Source: an uncultured Spirochaetota bacterium (GTDB lineage Bacteria > Spirochaetota > Spirochaetia > SZUA-6 > Fen-1364). Taken from it: 64,000 nucleotides of DNA. This document shows, piece after piece, positions 19,926-29,895 of this stretch; the stretch's first letter is position 1; each line of letters opens with the position of its first letter. The translations under genes were made by a program, and so were the position numbers. A model generated the notes under the pieces. That model was not told the origin of the DNA. It searched no databases and saw only the letters and a program-made list of their open reading frames with translations. The DNA lies in contig CAVUXE010000009.1 of NCBI GenBank assembly GCA_963745235.1, forward strand, positions 160,001 through 224,000, read 5' to 3'.

Positions 19926-21692
19926 ATGCAGACCCTGGACCCGAAGACCATGAAGGATTGGCAGATTGCGGAAGCGGCGGAGGCCGGCATGAAGCCGGTG
20001 ACCCGGCTCGCAAAGGAGCTGGGCCTGGAGGACAGGGAGCTTCTCCCCTACGGCCACTACGTCGCAAAGCTCGACTATATGAGCGTCCTGAACCGCCTGA
20101 AGGACAAGCCGGACGGCAAGTACGTGGAGGTCACAGCCATCACGCCGACGCCGCTCGGGGAGGGCAAGTCCACAACGACCATGGGGCTCGTGGAGGGCCT
20201 CGGGAAGATCGGAAAGAAGGTCATTGGCGCCATCCGCCAGCCGTCCGGCGGTCCGACCTTCAACATCAAGGGATCAGCGGCGGGCGGCGGCCTCGCCCAG
20301 TGCATCCCGCTCACGGATTTTTCCCTGGGGCTGACGGGAGACATCGACGCAATCACGAACGCCCACAACCTTTCCATGGTTGCCCTGACGGCGCGGCTGC
20401 AGCACGAGTTCAACTACGGGGACGCGGGCCTCAAGAAGCGCGGCCTGGAACGCCTGGATATCGACCCGCGCAACATTGCGCAAGGCTGGGCAATCGACTT
20501 CTGCGCGCAGGCCATGCGGGAGATCATCATTGGCCTTGGCTCGGACATGGACGGGTTCATGATGAAGAGCGGGTTCCAGATCACCGTCTCTTCGGAGATC
20601 ATGGCCATCCTGGCGGTTGCCTCCTCCCTTGCGGACCTCAGGGAGCGCATGGGCAGGATCGTCGTTGCCTACAGCAGATCCGGCAAGCCGGTGACGACAC
20701 ACGATCTGCAAGTGGACGGGGCCATGACCGCGCTCATGGCCAAGGCCATCAACCCCAACCTGCTGCAGACAATCGAGGGACAGCCCGTCCTTGTCCATGC
20801 CGGACCCTTCGCCAATATCGCCATCGGGCAGTCCTCCATCATCGCGGACCGCGTGGCGCTGAAGCTCGCTGACTACCACGTGACGGAGAGCGGTTTCGCC
20901 GCGGACATCGGCTTCGAGAAGTTCTGGAACCTGAAGTGCCGCTTCAGCGGCCTCACACCGAGCTGCTCGGTGCTCGTGTGCACGATCCGTGCGCTGAAAA
21001 TGCATGGCGGAGGGCCACGGGTGGCCCCGGGAAAGGCGCTGGACAAGGCCTACACGGAGAAGAATGTTCCCCTGGTGGAGAAGGGCCTGGAAAACCTCGT
21101 GGCCCACGTGGAGACGATCAAGCTTTCCGGCATCGAGCCGGTGGTCTGCATCAATCATTTTTACACCGACACGGATGAAGAGATTGCCGTGATCCGAAAG
21201 GCCGCTGAGAAGGCGGGTGCCCGCGTGGCAGTCTCACGCCACTGGGAAAAAGGCGGCGAGGGCGCCGTGGAGCTGGCGGAGACCGTGGTGGACGTGTGCA
21301 GGACTCCGCCGAAGTTCAAGTTCCTCTACGAGCTTTCCACTCCCCTGTCGGAGCGGATCCGGCTCATCGCGACCAAGGTTTACGGAGCGGACGGCGTGTC
21401 ATACACCCCCCTTGCGCAGGAGAAGCTCAAAGCGATAGAGGCGGACGCAGAGCTTGCAAAGCTCGGGACGTGCATGGTGAAAACGCACCTCAGTCTCTCC
21501 CATGACCCGACCATCAAGGGCCGGCCGCGCGGGTGGACGCTCCCCATTCGCGACATCCTGCAGTACCGGGGGGCCGGTTCGATTGTTCCCGTGGCAGGGG
21601 ACGTCAAGCTCATGCCGGGGACGGCTTCGGAGCCGGCGTTCCGCAATATCGACGTCGATGTGAAGACCGGGAAGGTGCGGGGGCTTTTCTAG
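19926..21692 (+). CDS. fhs: Formate--tetrahydrofolate ligase
   Basis: [28 protein letters not shown] and ALKMHGG motifs. Confidence 0.96.
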   Translation: MQTLDPKTMKDWQIAEAAEAGMKPVTRLAKELGLEDRELLPYGHYVAKLDYMSVLNRLKDKPDGKYVEVTAITPTPLGEGKSTTTMGLVEGLGKIGKKVIGAIRQPSGGPTFNIKGSAAGGGLAQCIPLTDFSLGLTGDIDAITNAHNLSMVALTARLQHEFNYGDAGLKKRGLERLDIDPRNIAQGWAIDFCAQAMREIIIGLGSDMDGFMMKSGFQITVSSEIMAILAVASSLADLRERMGRIVVAYSRSGKPVTTHDLQVDGAMTALMAKAINPNLLQTIEGQPVLVHAGPFANIAIGQSSIIADRVALKLADYHVTESGFAADIGFEKFWNLKCRFSGLTPSCSVLVCTIRALKMHGGGPRVAPGKALDKAYTEKNVPLVEKGLENLVAHVETIKLSGIEPVVCINHFYTDTDEEIAVIRKAAEKAGARVAVSRHWEKGGEGAVELAETVVDVCRTPPKFKFLYELSTPLSERIRLIATKVYGADGVSYTPLAQEKLKAIEADAELAKLGTCMVKTHLSLSHDPTIKGRPRGWTLPIRDILQYRGAGSIVPVAGDVKLMPGTASEPAFRNIDVDVKTGKVRGLF

Positions 21693-21847
21693 AGGTAGCC
21701 TTCCAGCTCCTCCATGGGCAGGTATCCCAGCCTCGCCAGGATCTCGCCCAGCTTTTCACTGGGATGCTTTTTCTGCTCCGCGAGCGCTGTTTCGAGCTGC
21801 TTTTTTGTAATGACCCCGTTGTTGACCAGCGTCTCTCCCAGCGGCAT
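21689..21847 (-). CDS. Stand-alone MshEN-like (c-di-GMP receptor motif) microprotein, 52 aa; absent from the ORF track
   Basis: Hand translation [52 protein letters not shown]; AGGAGG RBS overlapping the dus stop; tandem LGxxLxxxG motifs. Confidence 0.8.
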   Translation of the reverse strand: MPLGETLVNNGVITKKQLETALAEQKKHPSEKLGEILARLGYLPMEELEGYL

Positions 21848-21859
21848 GAAGACTTCCTC

Positions 21860-22882
21860 CTATATCGCTACCTGCTCCTCCTGGTCGCCGGGGGGAAGGG
21901 CCTTCCCGAGCCAGGCGTCCAGGACATCCAGGGCTTCCGCGTACCTCCGAGTATGCATGACTTCGTCGATCAGGTCTCTGGCCCCCGCAAACGCCCGCAG
22001 GTAGGTCTTCGCGAACTTTTTCAGCACGTTGAAGTTGCCCCTTTCGCCCCAGGCCTCGCGATGGAACGCCAGGTGGCGGCGGAAAGAGAGGACTTTCTGC
22101 TGAGGCGAAAGCAGTGAGTACTGGGCTTCCTCTTCCCCCCGGATTGCGCGAAAGAGGTAGAGGTTCTCGAATATTCCCCGGCCGACCATTATCCCGTCCG
22201 CCCCCGTTTGCGCCAGTCTCTGGTGGAAAACCTCCGCGGAGCGCACGTCTCCGTTTCCGACGATACGCGTGGGAGCCCCCGCCTGGTCGCGGAGGCGGAC
22301 TGCCAGGGAAACCGAGCTCCAGTCCGCCTCCCCGTTCGACTGCTGCGAGACGGTGCGCCCATGGATGGTGAGGGCGCTCAACCCCTGGGAGAGGAGGAAG
22401 GCGATCCATTCCTCCGGGTTCGCCCGAGTGACACCGATCCGGGTCTTCACGCTGACCGGCATGCCGCCTGCCCCCTCCCGGGCCGCGGCAATGAGCTCTC
22501 CCGCCAGGGTCGGGTTGCTGATCAGGGCCCCGCATCCGCCGCCCTTGATGATCTTGCGCACGGGACAGCCCATGTTGATGTCCAGGCCGTCGAAGCCCAT
22601 CTCCCGGACCTCGTTCGCCACGCGCCGAAAGCTCTCCGGCCTGGTTCCCCAGACCTGCGCAATGAGGGGTCGCTCCTTCTCGACGAACCTGAGCCGGCCC
22701 ACCACCTTCTCCCGGGCGCCCGAGCACAGCCCGTCCGTGCTCGTGAACTCCGTCATGAGCAGGTCCGGCGGGCCCGCCTCCCGCACGATCTGGCGAAACA
22801 CCGTATCGGTGACGTCCTCCATGGGCGCAAGGACAGAGAATCCCCTCCGCAGCTCATTCCAGATTCCCATGGAGATTTCCAT
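21860..22882 (-). CDS. dus: tRNA-dihydrouridine synthase
   Basis: LAPMEDVTD, DINMGCP, SVKTRIG, HGRT, GNGDV and MVGRG motifs. Confidence 0.92.
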   Translation of the reverse strand: MEISMGIWNELRRGFSVLAPMEDVTDTVFRQIVREAGPPDLLMTEFTSTDGLCSGAREKVVGRLRFVEKERPLIAQVWGTRPESFRRVANEVREMGFDGLDINMGCPVRKIIKGGGCGALISNPTLAGELIAAAREGAGGMPVSVKTRIGVTRANPEEWIAFLLSQGLSALTIHGRTVSQQSNGEADWSSVSLAVRLRDQAGAPTRIVGNGDVRSAEVFHQRLAQTGADGIMVGRGIFENLYLFRAIRGEEEAQYSLLSPQQKVLSFRRHLAFHREAWGERGNFNVLKKFAKTYLRAFAGARDLIDEVMHTRRYAEALDVLDAWLGKALPPGDQEEQVAI

Positions 22883-23019
22883 CTGAAGACAAAGATGGTG
22901 GAAGAACGGACGTCCGTCCAGGCGTTTTTCCTTGACGCTCCGAAGGACCGGATGTTATGCTGGCGCGCAGAAAAAAACGGGCCGGCACCGCACGTCCGTG
23001 ACGCGTTAGGGGAAGGTTG

Positions 23020-23595
23020 ATGAAGCTCATCCGGGTCGCGGCAACCGCGGCCCTCGCCCTGTTCGTCGTGGCCGCCGCGCAGGCGCGCGCGGACTCCTCC
23101 GACATTGGTGAGCCTGTGGCGCTCGGCCTGGATGTCGGAACCTCCGCAATCAACGCCGTCATGGGCACGGCGGCCGTCAGCCTGTCTCTCGACCTGCCCC
23201 TCGGGCACCCGCTGTCGCTGACCCTCCAGACTGCGGCCTCCTGGGCGCCCGGCACCGGGAGCAGCGTTTTTCAGCTCGCGTTGATCGCCCAGGCGCGGTT
23301 CTACTTCATTTCACTTTTCGTGCCGGAGAATGGGCAGGCCAACTGGGGACCCTTCATGGCGGCGGGGGCTGACGTTGCCTGGACCCGCCAGCTGAGTGAC
23401 TCCACGCTGGACGCTGTTTCATTCGGCCCCGACGTCGAAGGCGGATACCGGCTCGTCTTCGGTGACCGCGGGATCTTCATTGAGCCGACCTTCGGATGGA
23501 TTGCGCTGTATGGCGCCAGGTTCGATGTGGAAGGGCCCAGCCCGGTGACCAGCAGCGGGTACTCCGCCGGGCTGACCGTGGGGTACCGCTTCTAG
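23020..23595 (+). CDS. Putative outer-membrane beta-barrel protein
   Basis: Signal peptide, alternating beta-strand pattern, C-terminal GLTVGYRF. Confidence 0.6.
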   Translation: MKLIRVAATAALALFVVAAAQARADSSDIGEPVALGLDVGTSAINAVMGTAAVSLSLDLPLGHPLSLTLQTAASWAPGTGSSVFQLALIAQARFYFISLFVPENGQANWGPFMAAGADVAWTRQLSDSTLDAVSFGPDVEGGYRLVFGDRGIFIEPTFGWIALYGARFDVEGPSPVTSSGYSAGLTVGYRF

Positions 23596-23620
23596 GGCCT
23601 CAGGTTCCCGGGCCGCAAGC

Positions 23621-24466
23621 TTATTCCTTGATCCCGCCCGCCGTCATTCCCATCACGATGTACTTCTGAAAGATGATGGCAATCAGCACCGGGGGAAGGG
23701 CCGCAATCACGCCGCCCGCCGCAATCATCTCGTAGTCCACGTAGTGCTTTCCGCTGAACTCCGCGATTGCCACCGATATTGTCTTGGCGTCCAGGGTCGA
23801 GGTGAAGATGAGGGCAAAGAAGAACTCGTCCCATGCGATCAGGAAGGAAAGGATGGCCGTCGCGATGATGCCCGGTCGGGCCATGGGGAAATAGATGTGC
23901 CAGAGCACCTGCAGCCGGCTGCACCCTTCTATGGAAGCAGACTCCTCGTATGTCTTGGAGAGGGAGCTGAAGTAGCTCTGCATGACCCAGATCACGAACG
24001 GCAGGGTCATGGTGAGATACAGGAGCACCAGGGTGGGCTTGGCGTTGAGCATCCCCAGCCTGCTCAGGAGGAGGTACAACGGCATGACCACCACCACCGA
24101 GGGAATCATGTAGGTGAAGAGAATCAGGTACATGATATTGTTTTTGAAAGCAAAACGAAGGCGCGCGAACGCGTAGGAGGCGAGAGACCCGATCACGAGG
24201 GAGATGATGGTGACCGAGCCGGCGACGATGAGGCTGTTGCGCATGGCAATCTCGAAAGCGTGCGCAATCTCGTTGTCCGGGTTCGTGAACACATCCAAGT
24301 ATCGCTGGAGGGTCGCGTGGCGCGGGATGACCTTCAAGGGGACCGCAATGATGTCACGGTGAATGGCAATGCTCGTGATGAACATCCACGCTACGGGCGC
24401 TATAACGAAAAGGAATACGAGCAGGCCGAAAAAGTACTGGGCAATCGGGAAAGCCCTGTTCTTCAC
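23621..24466 (-). CDS. Carbohydrate ABC permease (MalG-like)
   Basis: NSLIVA, ASYAFAR, EAA-like loop EESASIEG and AWDEFFFA. Confidence 0.92.
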   Translation of the reverse strand: MKNRAFPIAQYFFGLLVFLFVIAPVAWMFITSIAIHRDIIAVPLKVIPRHATLQRYLDVFTNPDNEIAHAFEIAMRNSLIVAGSVTIISLVIGSLASYAFARLRFAFKNNIMYLILFTYMIPSVVVVMPLYLLLSRLGMLNAKPTLVLLYLTMTLPFVIWVMQSYFSSLSKTYEESASIEGCSRLQVLWHIYFPMARPGIIATAILSFLIAWDEFFFALIFTSTLDAKTISVAIAEFSGKHYVDYEMIAAGGVIAALPPVLIAIIFQKYIVMGMTAGGIKE

Positions 24467-25362
24467 GAGTCACTCGCCTCCCCGCGTTTCAGCAACCGAA
24501 CGTAGGCAATGGTGAATGCCAGGACCAGCACGGCAATCAGGTAGGACAGCGTCGAGGAGATGGAATACTGGAGGTTGCTGAAGGCCTTGAGGTACGCTTC
24601 ATAGACAAGGACCTTCGTGCCGTTGGCGGGACCCCCCCGGGTCATGACGTAGAACACGTCGAACGCCTTGAACTTTTCCATGGTGCGCATGACCACGACC
24701 ACGGCCATGGTTGGCACCAGGTACGGCAGGGTGATGTGCCAGAAACGGGAGAAGACCCCTGCGCCATCCACCGTTGCCGCCTCGTAAAGGGACTTGTTGA
24801 TGAACTGCAGGGCAGCCAGGAAGAAGATGACGGCAAAAGGCGTCATCTTCCACACGTCCGCCACGATCACCATGTTCATCGCGAGGAACGGGTCGCTCAG
24901 CCACGCCCGGTACTGTCCCAGGATGTGCAGCCGCGTCAGCACGGCATTGAGCACCCCATACTCAGGATTGTAGATCCATTTCCAGATGCTCGCGGTGACG
25001 ATCCCCGGCGTAGCCCAGGGAATGATGACGAGCACGCGCAGAAGGCCCACCCCGTGGAAGCGCGTGTTCAGCAGAAGCGCTATCAGGAGGCCGAGCACCG
25101 TCTCCACGGTCAGGGAGACGACGGTAAAGTACATGGTGCGTCCCAGGGCCTGCCAGAACCAGGCGGACCGCAGGACCCGCAGGTAGTTCAGCAGGCCGAG
25201 GAACTTCCCCTTCTCCGCGGAGATGAGCTCCATGTTCTGGAGGCTGTAGATGAAGGTGGTCACGAGGGGGAAAAGCACTACGCCGAAGATGACGACAGCG
25301 GCAGGAAGGAGAATGAGAAATGCGAAGCTTTGCTCTGAGAGTCCCTGCCGCCGAAGTTCCAT
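24463..25362 (-). CDS. Carbohydrate ABC permease (MalF-like)
   Basis: LYEAATVDGA and MTRGGP motifs. Confidence 0.92.
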   Translation of the reverse strand: MELRRQGLSEQSFAFLILLPAAVVIFGVVLFPLVTTFIYSLQNMELISAEKGKFLGLLNYLRVLRSAWFWQALGRTMYFTVVSLTVETVLGLLIALLLNTRFHGVGLLRVLVIIPWATPGIVTASIWKWIYNPEYGVLNAVLTRLHILGQYRAWLSDPFLAMNMVIVADVWKMTPFAVIFFLAALQFINKSLYEAATVDGAGVFSRFWHITLPYLVPTMAVVVVMRTMEKFKAFDVFYVMTRGGPANGTKVLVYEAYLKAFSNLQYSISSTLSYLIAVLVLAFTIAYVRLLKRGEASDS

Positions 25363-25374
25363 TCTGTGCGACCT

Positions 25375-26614
25375 CTATTTCCTGCTTGCCAGCTCGAGGG
25401 CTTTTGCCTGGACTTCCTTGAGGGCCTGGTCACTCGTCTTCTTGCCCTGCAGGACTTCCTGGATCCGAACCTGCAGGTCCGTGGAGAACTCGCTGTAGAA
25501 GGGGACCACCGGCCTGTTCACCAGGTAGTTGTACTGTTCCTTGGCGACCTTCACGACCTCGGGGTTGCTCGCCATGACGTCCTTGTCATCGTAGAGGGAT
25601 TTCCAGATCGGGAGAGCGTTCTTGGGGAACTTCTTCTGGAAGTCCTTGGACGACATGTACAGGATGTACTGTCCACGCTTCCGCGGAGTGCTTGCTGCCG
25701 GCGGAGATGGACAGGGGCTGCCCGCCGTTCACCGTTGCGCTGCGGACAGAACCGGATCCGGGGATCAGAGCGACCCCCGTCTGCCCGACGATGGCCGACT
25801 TGGAAGCGTCCTGGCCTTCGCTGAACTGGAACGTCCAGTTCAGGGCGAACGCGGCGTCCCCCTTGATGAACGTGGAGTCGACCTCGTTCTCCGTGAACTC
25901 GAGTGAGTTCGGGTTGGTCAAGCCGTCCTTGAGCGACGCAACCATGTAGTCAAGCGCCTTCTTGTTGCCGGCCGCCGTGAGAGTGGGGTTTCCGTCCTTG
26001 TCGAACATGGCGCCGCCGAAGGCAGCTGACAGAACGGTGTAGTCGCAGGTGAGGCATTCGGCCTGGGCCCAGCTCCACACGATGGGGAACTTCACGAGCT
26101 TCTTGTCCTTGATGACCTTCGCCTGCGCGGCAAGCTCCTCCCAGGTCCTGGGGGGATTTGCGAACCCGGCGGCCTGCAGGATCTTCTTGTTGTAGAAGAG
26201 GTACTTGCAGTCGTTGAGCCAGGGCATGCCGTAGCTCTTGCCCTTGTACACGGTGGAGGACAGGGCCCCCTCGAAGATGTCCTTCTGATCCGCCGGGGCC
26301 AGGGGCGGAACCGACTTCACGATCCCGGCCTGGGCGAACTTGGCGGTGAAGGGGCCGTCGCTCAGCACCACGTCATAGCTTCCCGCCTGCGCGGAGGTGA
26401 TGATCTTCTCCTCCAGCTGCTCGTAGGGAACGAACGTGAGGTTGACATTGATCTCGGGATGGGCCGCCTGGAAATCCCGGGTCCCCCCGATGATGTCTTC
26501 CTCCTGGTAGCCCGCCTGTTTCATGAACAGGGCGTTGATCGTGACCGTATCCGCGAAGGCTGCTGCCGCCACGGCCACGAGCACGACCATGATGATGAGA
26601 CTCTTTTTTGTCAT
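25375..26614 (-). CDS. Carbohydrate ABC substrate-binding protein, frameshifted near 25665
   Basis: Signal peptide, LFYNKKIL...PPRTWEEL; C-terminus in ORF 25375..25656. Confidence 0.85.
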
Positions 26615-26657
26615 GACACCACTCCTTCTTCGTGATTTTTGGAAGCAGCCCTGTTCA

Positions 26658-26673
26658 TGCAAGAAAGGTGCCA
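26658..26673 (-). promoter_or_regulatory. Sigma54 (-24/-12) promoter of the ABC operon
   Basis: Minus strand TGGCACCTTTCTTGCA matches the consensus TGGCAC-N5-TTGCA; the adjacent gene is a GAFTGA activator. Confidence 0.85.
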
Positions 26674-26771
26674 CGCGGACGACTTCTCATGGGAAGTCGT
26701 TAACTGCTTGCCATGGAAGAAGAAGGGTCTCCGTCCTGGGTCAGGGGGCGCCCGGACGATTCTGATTCGAA

Positions 26772-26808
26772 TGGGGCAAATCCCCCAACCAGTGGGTCAC
26801 ATCACCCA
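26772..26808. promoter_or_regulatory. Tandem palindromic enhancer sites (putative UAS of the NtrC-family activator)
   Basis: TGGGG-CAAATC-CCCCA (26772-26787) and TGGGT-CACATC-ACCCA (26793-26808), 21 bp apart, about 100-135 bp upstream of the -24 box. Confidence 0.65.
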
Positions 26809-28151
26809 ACATCAATGCCGTACTTCCTGATCCTGTAGCGCAGCGTGTCTCGGGAAATGCCCAGCTCGCGGGCGGCGGAGGATACATTTCCGCCGTTCCT
26901 GCGCATCACGTCGAGAAGCATCGTCCTTTCCATCTGTTCGATCTTGTTGTCCGCGCCCGCTTGTTCCCCTGCCGCTGATCCCAGCATCTGTCGAGGCAGG
27001 CTCTCAGCGGTGATCACATCCGTGCTGGAAAGCACGACGGCCCGCTCGATCACGTTGCGAAGCTCTCTCACGTTGCCCGGCCAGGAATACGCGCACAGCG
27101 CGTCTTTCACCTGGCCCGCGAAGCCGCCTGGCAGCTTTCCGAGAGTCATCGAGTAGTGGCGCAGGAAGTGCTCCGCCAGGGGCAGGATATCCTGGCGGCG
27201 CTCCCGCAGAGGAGGCACGCGAATGGTGATTGTGTTTATCCGGTAGTACAGGTCTTCGCGGAACTTCCCCTCGCGAACAAGGACGTCCAGGTCCTTGTTG
27301 GTTGCGCAGATGATGCGCGCGTCCACCTTTGTCTTGGCCGTGCTGCCCAGGGGCTCGAAAACCTTCTCTTCGATGAACCGAAGGAGCTTGGCCTGGGTGG
27401 GAAGAGGGATCTCCGCAATCTCGTCCAGGAAGAGCACGCCGCCTCGCGCCTGGCTGATCTTCCCGCTGAAGTTCTGCGACGCCCCGGTAAAGGCTCCCTT
27501 CCTGTACCCGAAAAGCTCGCTCTCGATCAGCGTGTCCGGAACGGCCGGACAGCTGATGCTGACGAACGGCACACTGAAATCCCCCTTCTTCTTCTCCGCT
27601 GTTTTTGCATGAATGGCCCGGGCAATGACCTCCTTGCCCGCGCCGCTTTCCCCGAGGATGAGGACCGCGGAGGGGGCGCCGGCCACCTTCTCGACGAGCT
27701 CCACGATCTCCCGCATGCCGGCGCTGTGCGCGATGACCCCGGGCACCGGGCACGCCTGGCGAAGAAGGTCGTTCTCCTTTCTCAGGTCTTCGGCTTTGAG
27801 CAGCTTGTGCACGACATGGCGGATCACGTCCTTGTTGAACGGCTTCGTGATGAAATCCGCCGCCCCGCCCTTCATGGCCTCAACGGCCTTTTCGATGGAT
27901 CCGTAGGCCGTTATCATGACCAGCGGGACCTCCCGTCCCGCCTGCTTCAGGTGGCGCAGCAGGGCAAGGCCATCCGCTCCCGGCATCTTGAGGTCGGTTA
28001 TGACGAGGTCCAGGTCAGGACCGTCATCTATGGCGGACATGGCCCGCTCCCCGTTTTCCGCCGTCAGGACCTCGTACCCGTCGTCCTCCAGGAGCATCGT
28101 GAGCACCGTGCGGACGTTCGGCTCATCGTCTACCACAAGAATCCGCTTCAT
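26802..28151 (-). CDS. Sigma54-dependent response regulator (REC-AAA+-Fis HTH)
   Basis: LVVDDE, DLKMP, GESGAGKE, GAFTGA, WPGNVREL and C-terminal HTH. Confidence 0.95.
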   Translation of the reverse strand: MKRILVVDDEPNVRTVLTMLLEDDGYEVLTAENGERAMSAIDDGPDLDLVITDLKMPGADGLALLRHLKQAGREVPLVMITAYGSIEKAVEAMKGGAADFITKPFNKDVIRHVVHKLLKAEDLRKENDLLRQACPVPGVIAHSAGMREIVELVEKVAGAPSAVLILGESGAGKEVIARAIHAKTAEKKKGDFSVPFVSISCPAVPDTLIESELFGYRKGAFTGASQNFSGKISQARGGVLFLDEIAEIPLPTQAKLLRFIEEKVFEPLGSTAKTKVDARIICATNKDLDVLVREGKFREDLYYRINTITIRVPPLRERRQDILPLAEHFLRHYSMTLGKLPGGFAGQVKDALCAYSWPGNVRELRNVIERAVVLSSTDVITAESLPRQMLGSAAGEQAGADNKIEQMERTMLLDVMRRNGGNVSSAARELGISRDTLRYRIRKYGIDVG

Positions 28152-28161
28152 GGACCGCCCT

Positions 28162-29895
28162 TCACAGAAAGATACGGAACGTGGTTCCCCCGCCGGGCGC
28201 GGAGCGCACGTCAATGGTGCCTCCATGGCTCTCTATGATGCGGTGCACGATGGAGAGCCCGAGGCCCGTCCCGGATTCCCGGGTGGTGAAGAAGGGGTTG
28301 AACATGTTGCGCTCCGTCTCCTTGTCCATTCCTTCTCCCCAGTCCTGCACCTCCACGCACAGCCTCCCGTCAGTCATTGCCGCCCGGACCTCCACGCACC
28401 CGCCGGCCCGAGATGCCTGGAGCGCGTTGAGGATGAGGTTCGACACCGCCTGGCCGAGAAGGTTACGGTCCAGGGAGAGCTCGGGGAGGCCCTCCGGGAC
28501 GCACCGGCGCACCGAGATGCCCTGGAAGCGCTCCAGGGGGAGGCTGTCGAGACAGAAATCAACGACGCTTGCGATTGAGGTCGGTGTCCTGCTGATCTTG
28601 CGCGGACGCGCGAAGTCGAGGAAGTTGGAGACGACGAGGTTGAGGGAGTCCGCCTCGTCGATCATGAGGCTCGTGAGCTTCTGGTACTTCTCCCGATTTT
28701 CCGTCACCGCGTAGTTGTCCCGCAGCATTTCGGCGGACACCTTCATGACGACCAGGGGGTTGCGTATCTGGTGAGCGACGCCGGCGGCCATTTCCCCGAG
28801 CGCCGCGAGCTTCGAGGACAGGGCAAGCTTCTCCCGCAGCTGGGACAGCTCTGTTTCCCGCACGAGCAGCCTGCGGCACATCTCGTCGAACGCGGAGGCA
28901 AGCTGCCCCAGCTCGTCCCGCCATTCCAGCTGGAACGGGGGATTGAAATCCCCTCCAGAGATTCTCGTGATGCCCTGGAGAATGAGCTGGAACCGGCGGG
29001 AGAACGTGCGTCGAAAGAAGGCGAACCCCGACAGAAGCGCAAGGGACAGGATGAGCACGGTGGACACCAGGGAGATGAGGTTGTAGCGGCCAATGAGGCG
29101 CGCCGACTCACTGGTGTCCAGCAGGCAGAAGATCCTGCCGCCCGGAAGGCCCAGCTTTTCCAGCTCCACTGTCCCCACGATGGCCCCGCCGGCCATCATG
29201 ACCTGGCCGTCTCCTCCGGCGCGGTGTCCATAGGCGGCCAATACGTGCTGCACTCTCTTGTCCGTGAGGGAGTCCCCGTGCAGGAAGACGTCCTGGAACT
29301 GGAAGACAATCCCCGCGCCGCTCGTCTTCTCGATGCGGGACACGAAGTCTGCATCCACCCTGAGGCTCAGGGACAGCACGCCAATGATCGCGTCTGCCCG
29401 CCGCACGGGTGACAACACGAAAAGCAGCGTGTCTGATCCAGTCTGCGAGACATAGAGCCGGCTCTCTCCCTTGAAGGCCTGCGCCAACTCCTCGCGGGAG
29501 AGCTGGTCACTCGGGGCGAACTTCTCCGTTGACGCGAAGGGGTAGCCGGGGTCGGTGAAGACGGAGATCGAATCGATTCCCAGGGATTCCCGGAATACCA
29601 CCAGCTCCCTGGCAAGGAGTGTCTTGAGCCCGAAGTCCGTGTACTCGATGGTCTTCTTCTGCCCGGCGATCAGCTCCCCCTTGACCCGCAGGTCCCGAAA
29701 CGTCTCCCCCAGCAGGCTTTCCACTCCCTGGAGCGTGGAGGTCATGCGGGACTTCAGCGAGTCGAGGTTCGTGCGGGAGATGATGGTGGTGAGGATGGCA
29801 AGGGAGACGAAGAACTGGCACAGGACGAGCGCGGCGAAAAAAAGGATCATCTTTCCGGAGAGCTTCATGTCCCGGACACGCTTGATCAGCTTCAC
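28162..29895 (-). CDS. Membrane sensor histidine kinase (periplasmic domain, HAMP, HisKA, HATPase)
   Basis: Two TM helices, DELGQLASAFD, AHQIRNPL and GTGLGL. Confidence 0.93.
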   Translation of the reverse strand: MKLIKRVRDMKLSGKMILFFAALVLCQFFVSLAILTTIISRTNLDSLKSRMTSTLQGVESLLGETFRDLRVKGELIAGQKKTIEYTDFGLKTLLARELVVFRESLGIDSISVFTDPGYPFASTEKFAPSDQLSREELAQAFKGESRLYVSQTGSDTLLFVLSPVRRADAIIGVLSLSLRVDADFVSRIEKTSGAGIVFQFQDVFLHGDSLTDKRVQHVLAAYGHRAGGDGQVMMAGGAIVGTVELEKLGLPGGRIFCLLDTSESARLIGRYNLISLVSTVLILSLALLSGFAFFRRTFSRRFQLILQGITRISGGDFNPPFQLEWRDELGQLASAFDEMCRRLLVRETELSQLREKLALSSKLAALGEMAAGVAHQIRNPLVVMKVSAEMLRDNYAVTENREKYQKLTSLMIDEADSLNLVVSNFLDFARPRKISRTPTSIASVVDFCLDSLPLERFQGISVRRCVPEGLPELSLDRNLLGQAVSNLILNALQASRAGGCVEVRAAMTDGRLCVEVQDWGEGMDKETERNMFNPFFTTRESGTGLGLSIVHRIIESHGGTIDVRSAPGGGTTFRIFL

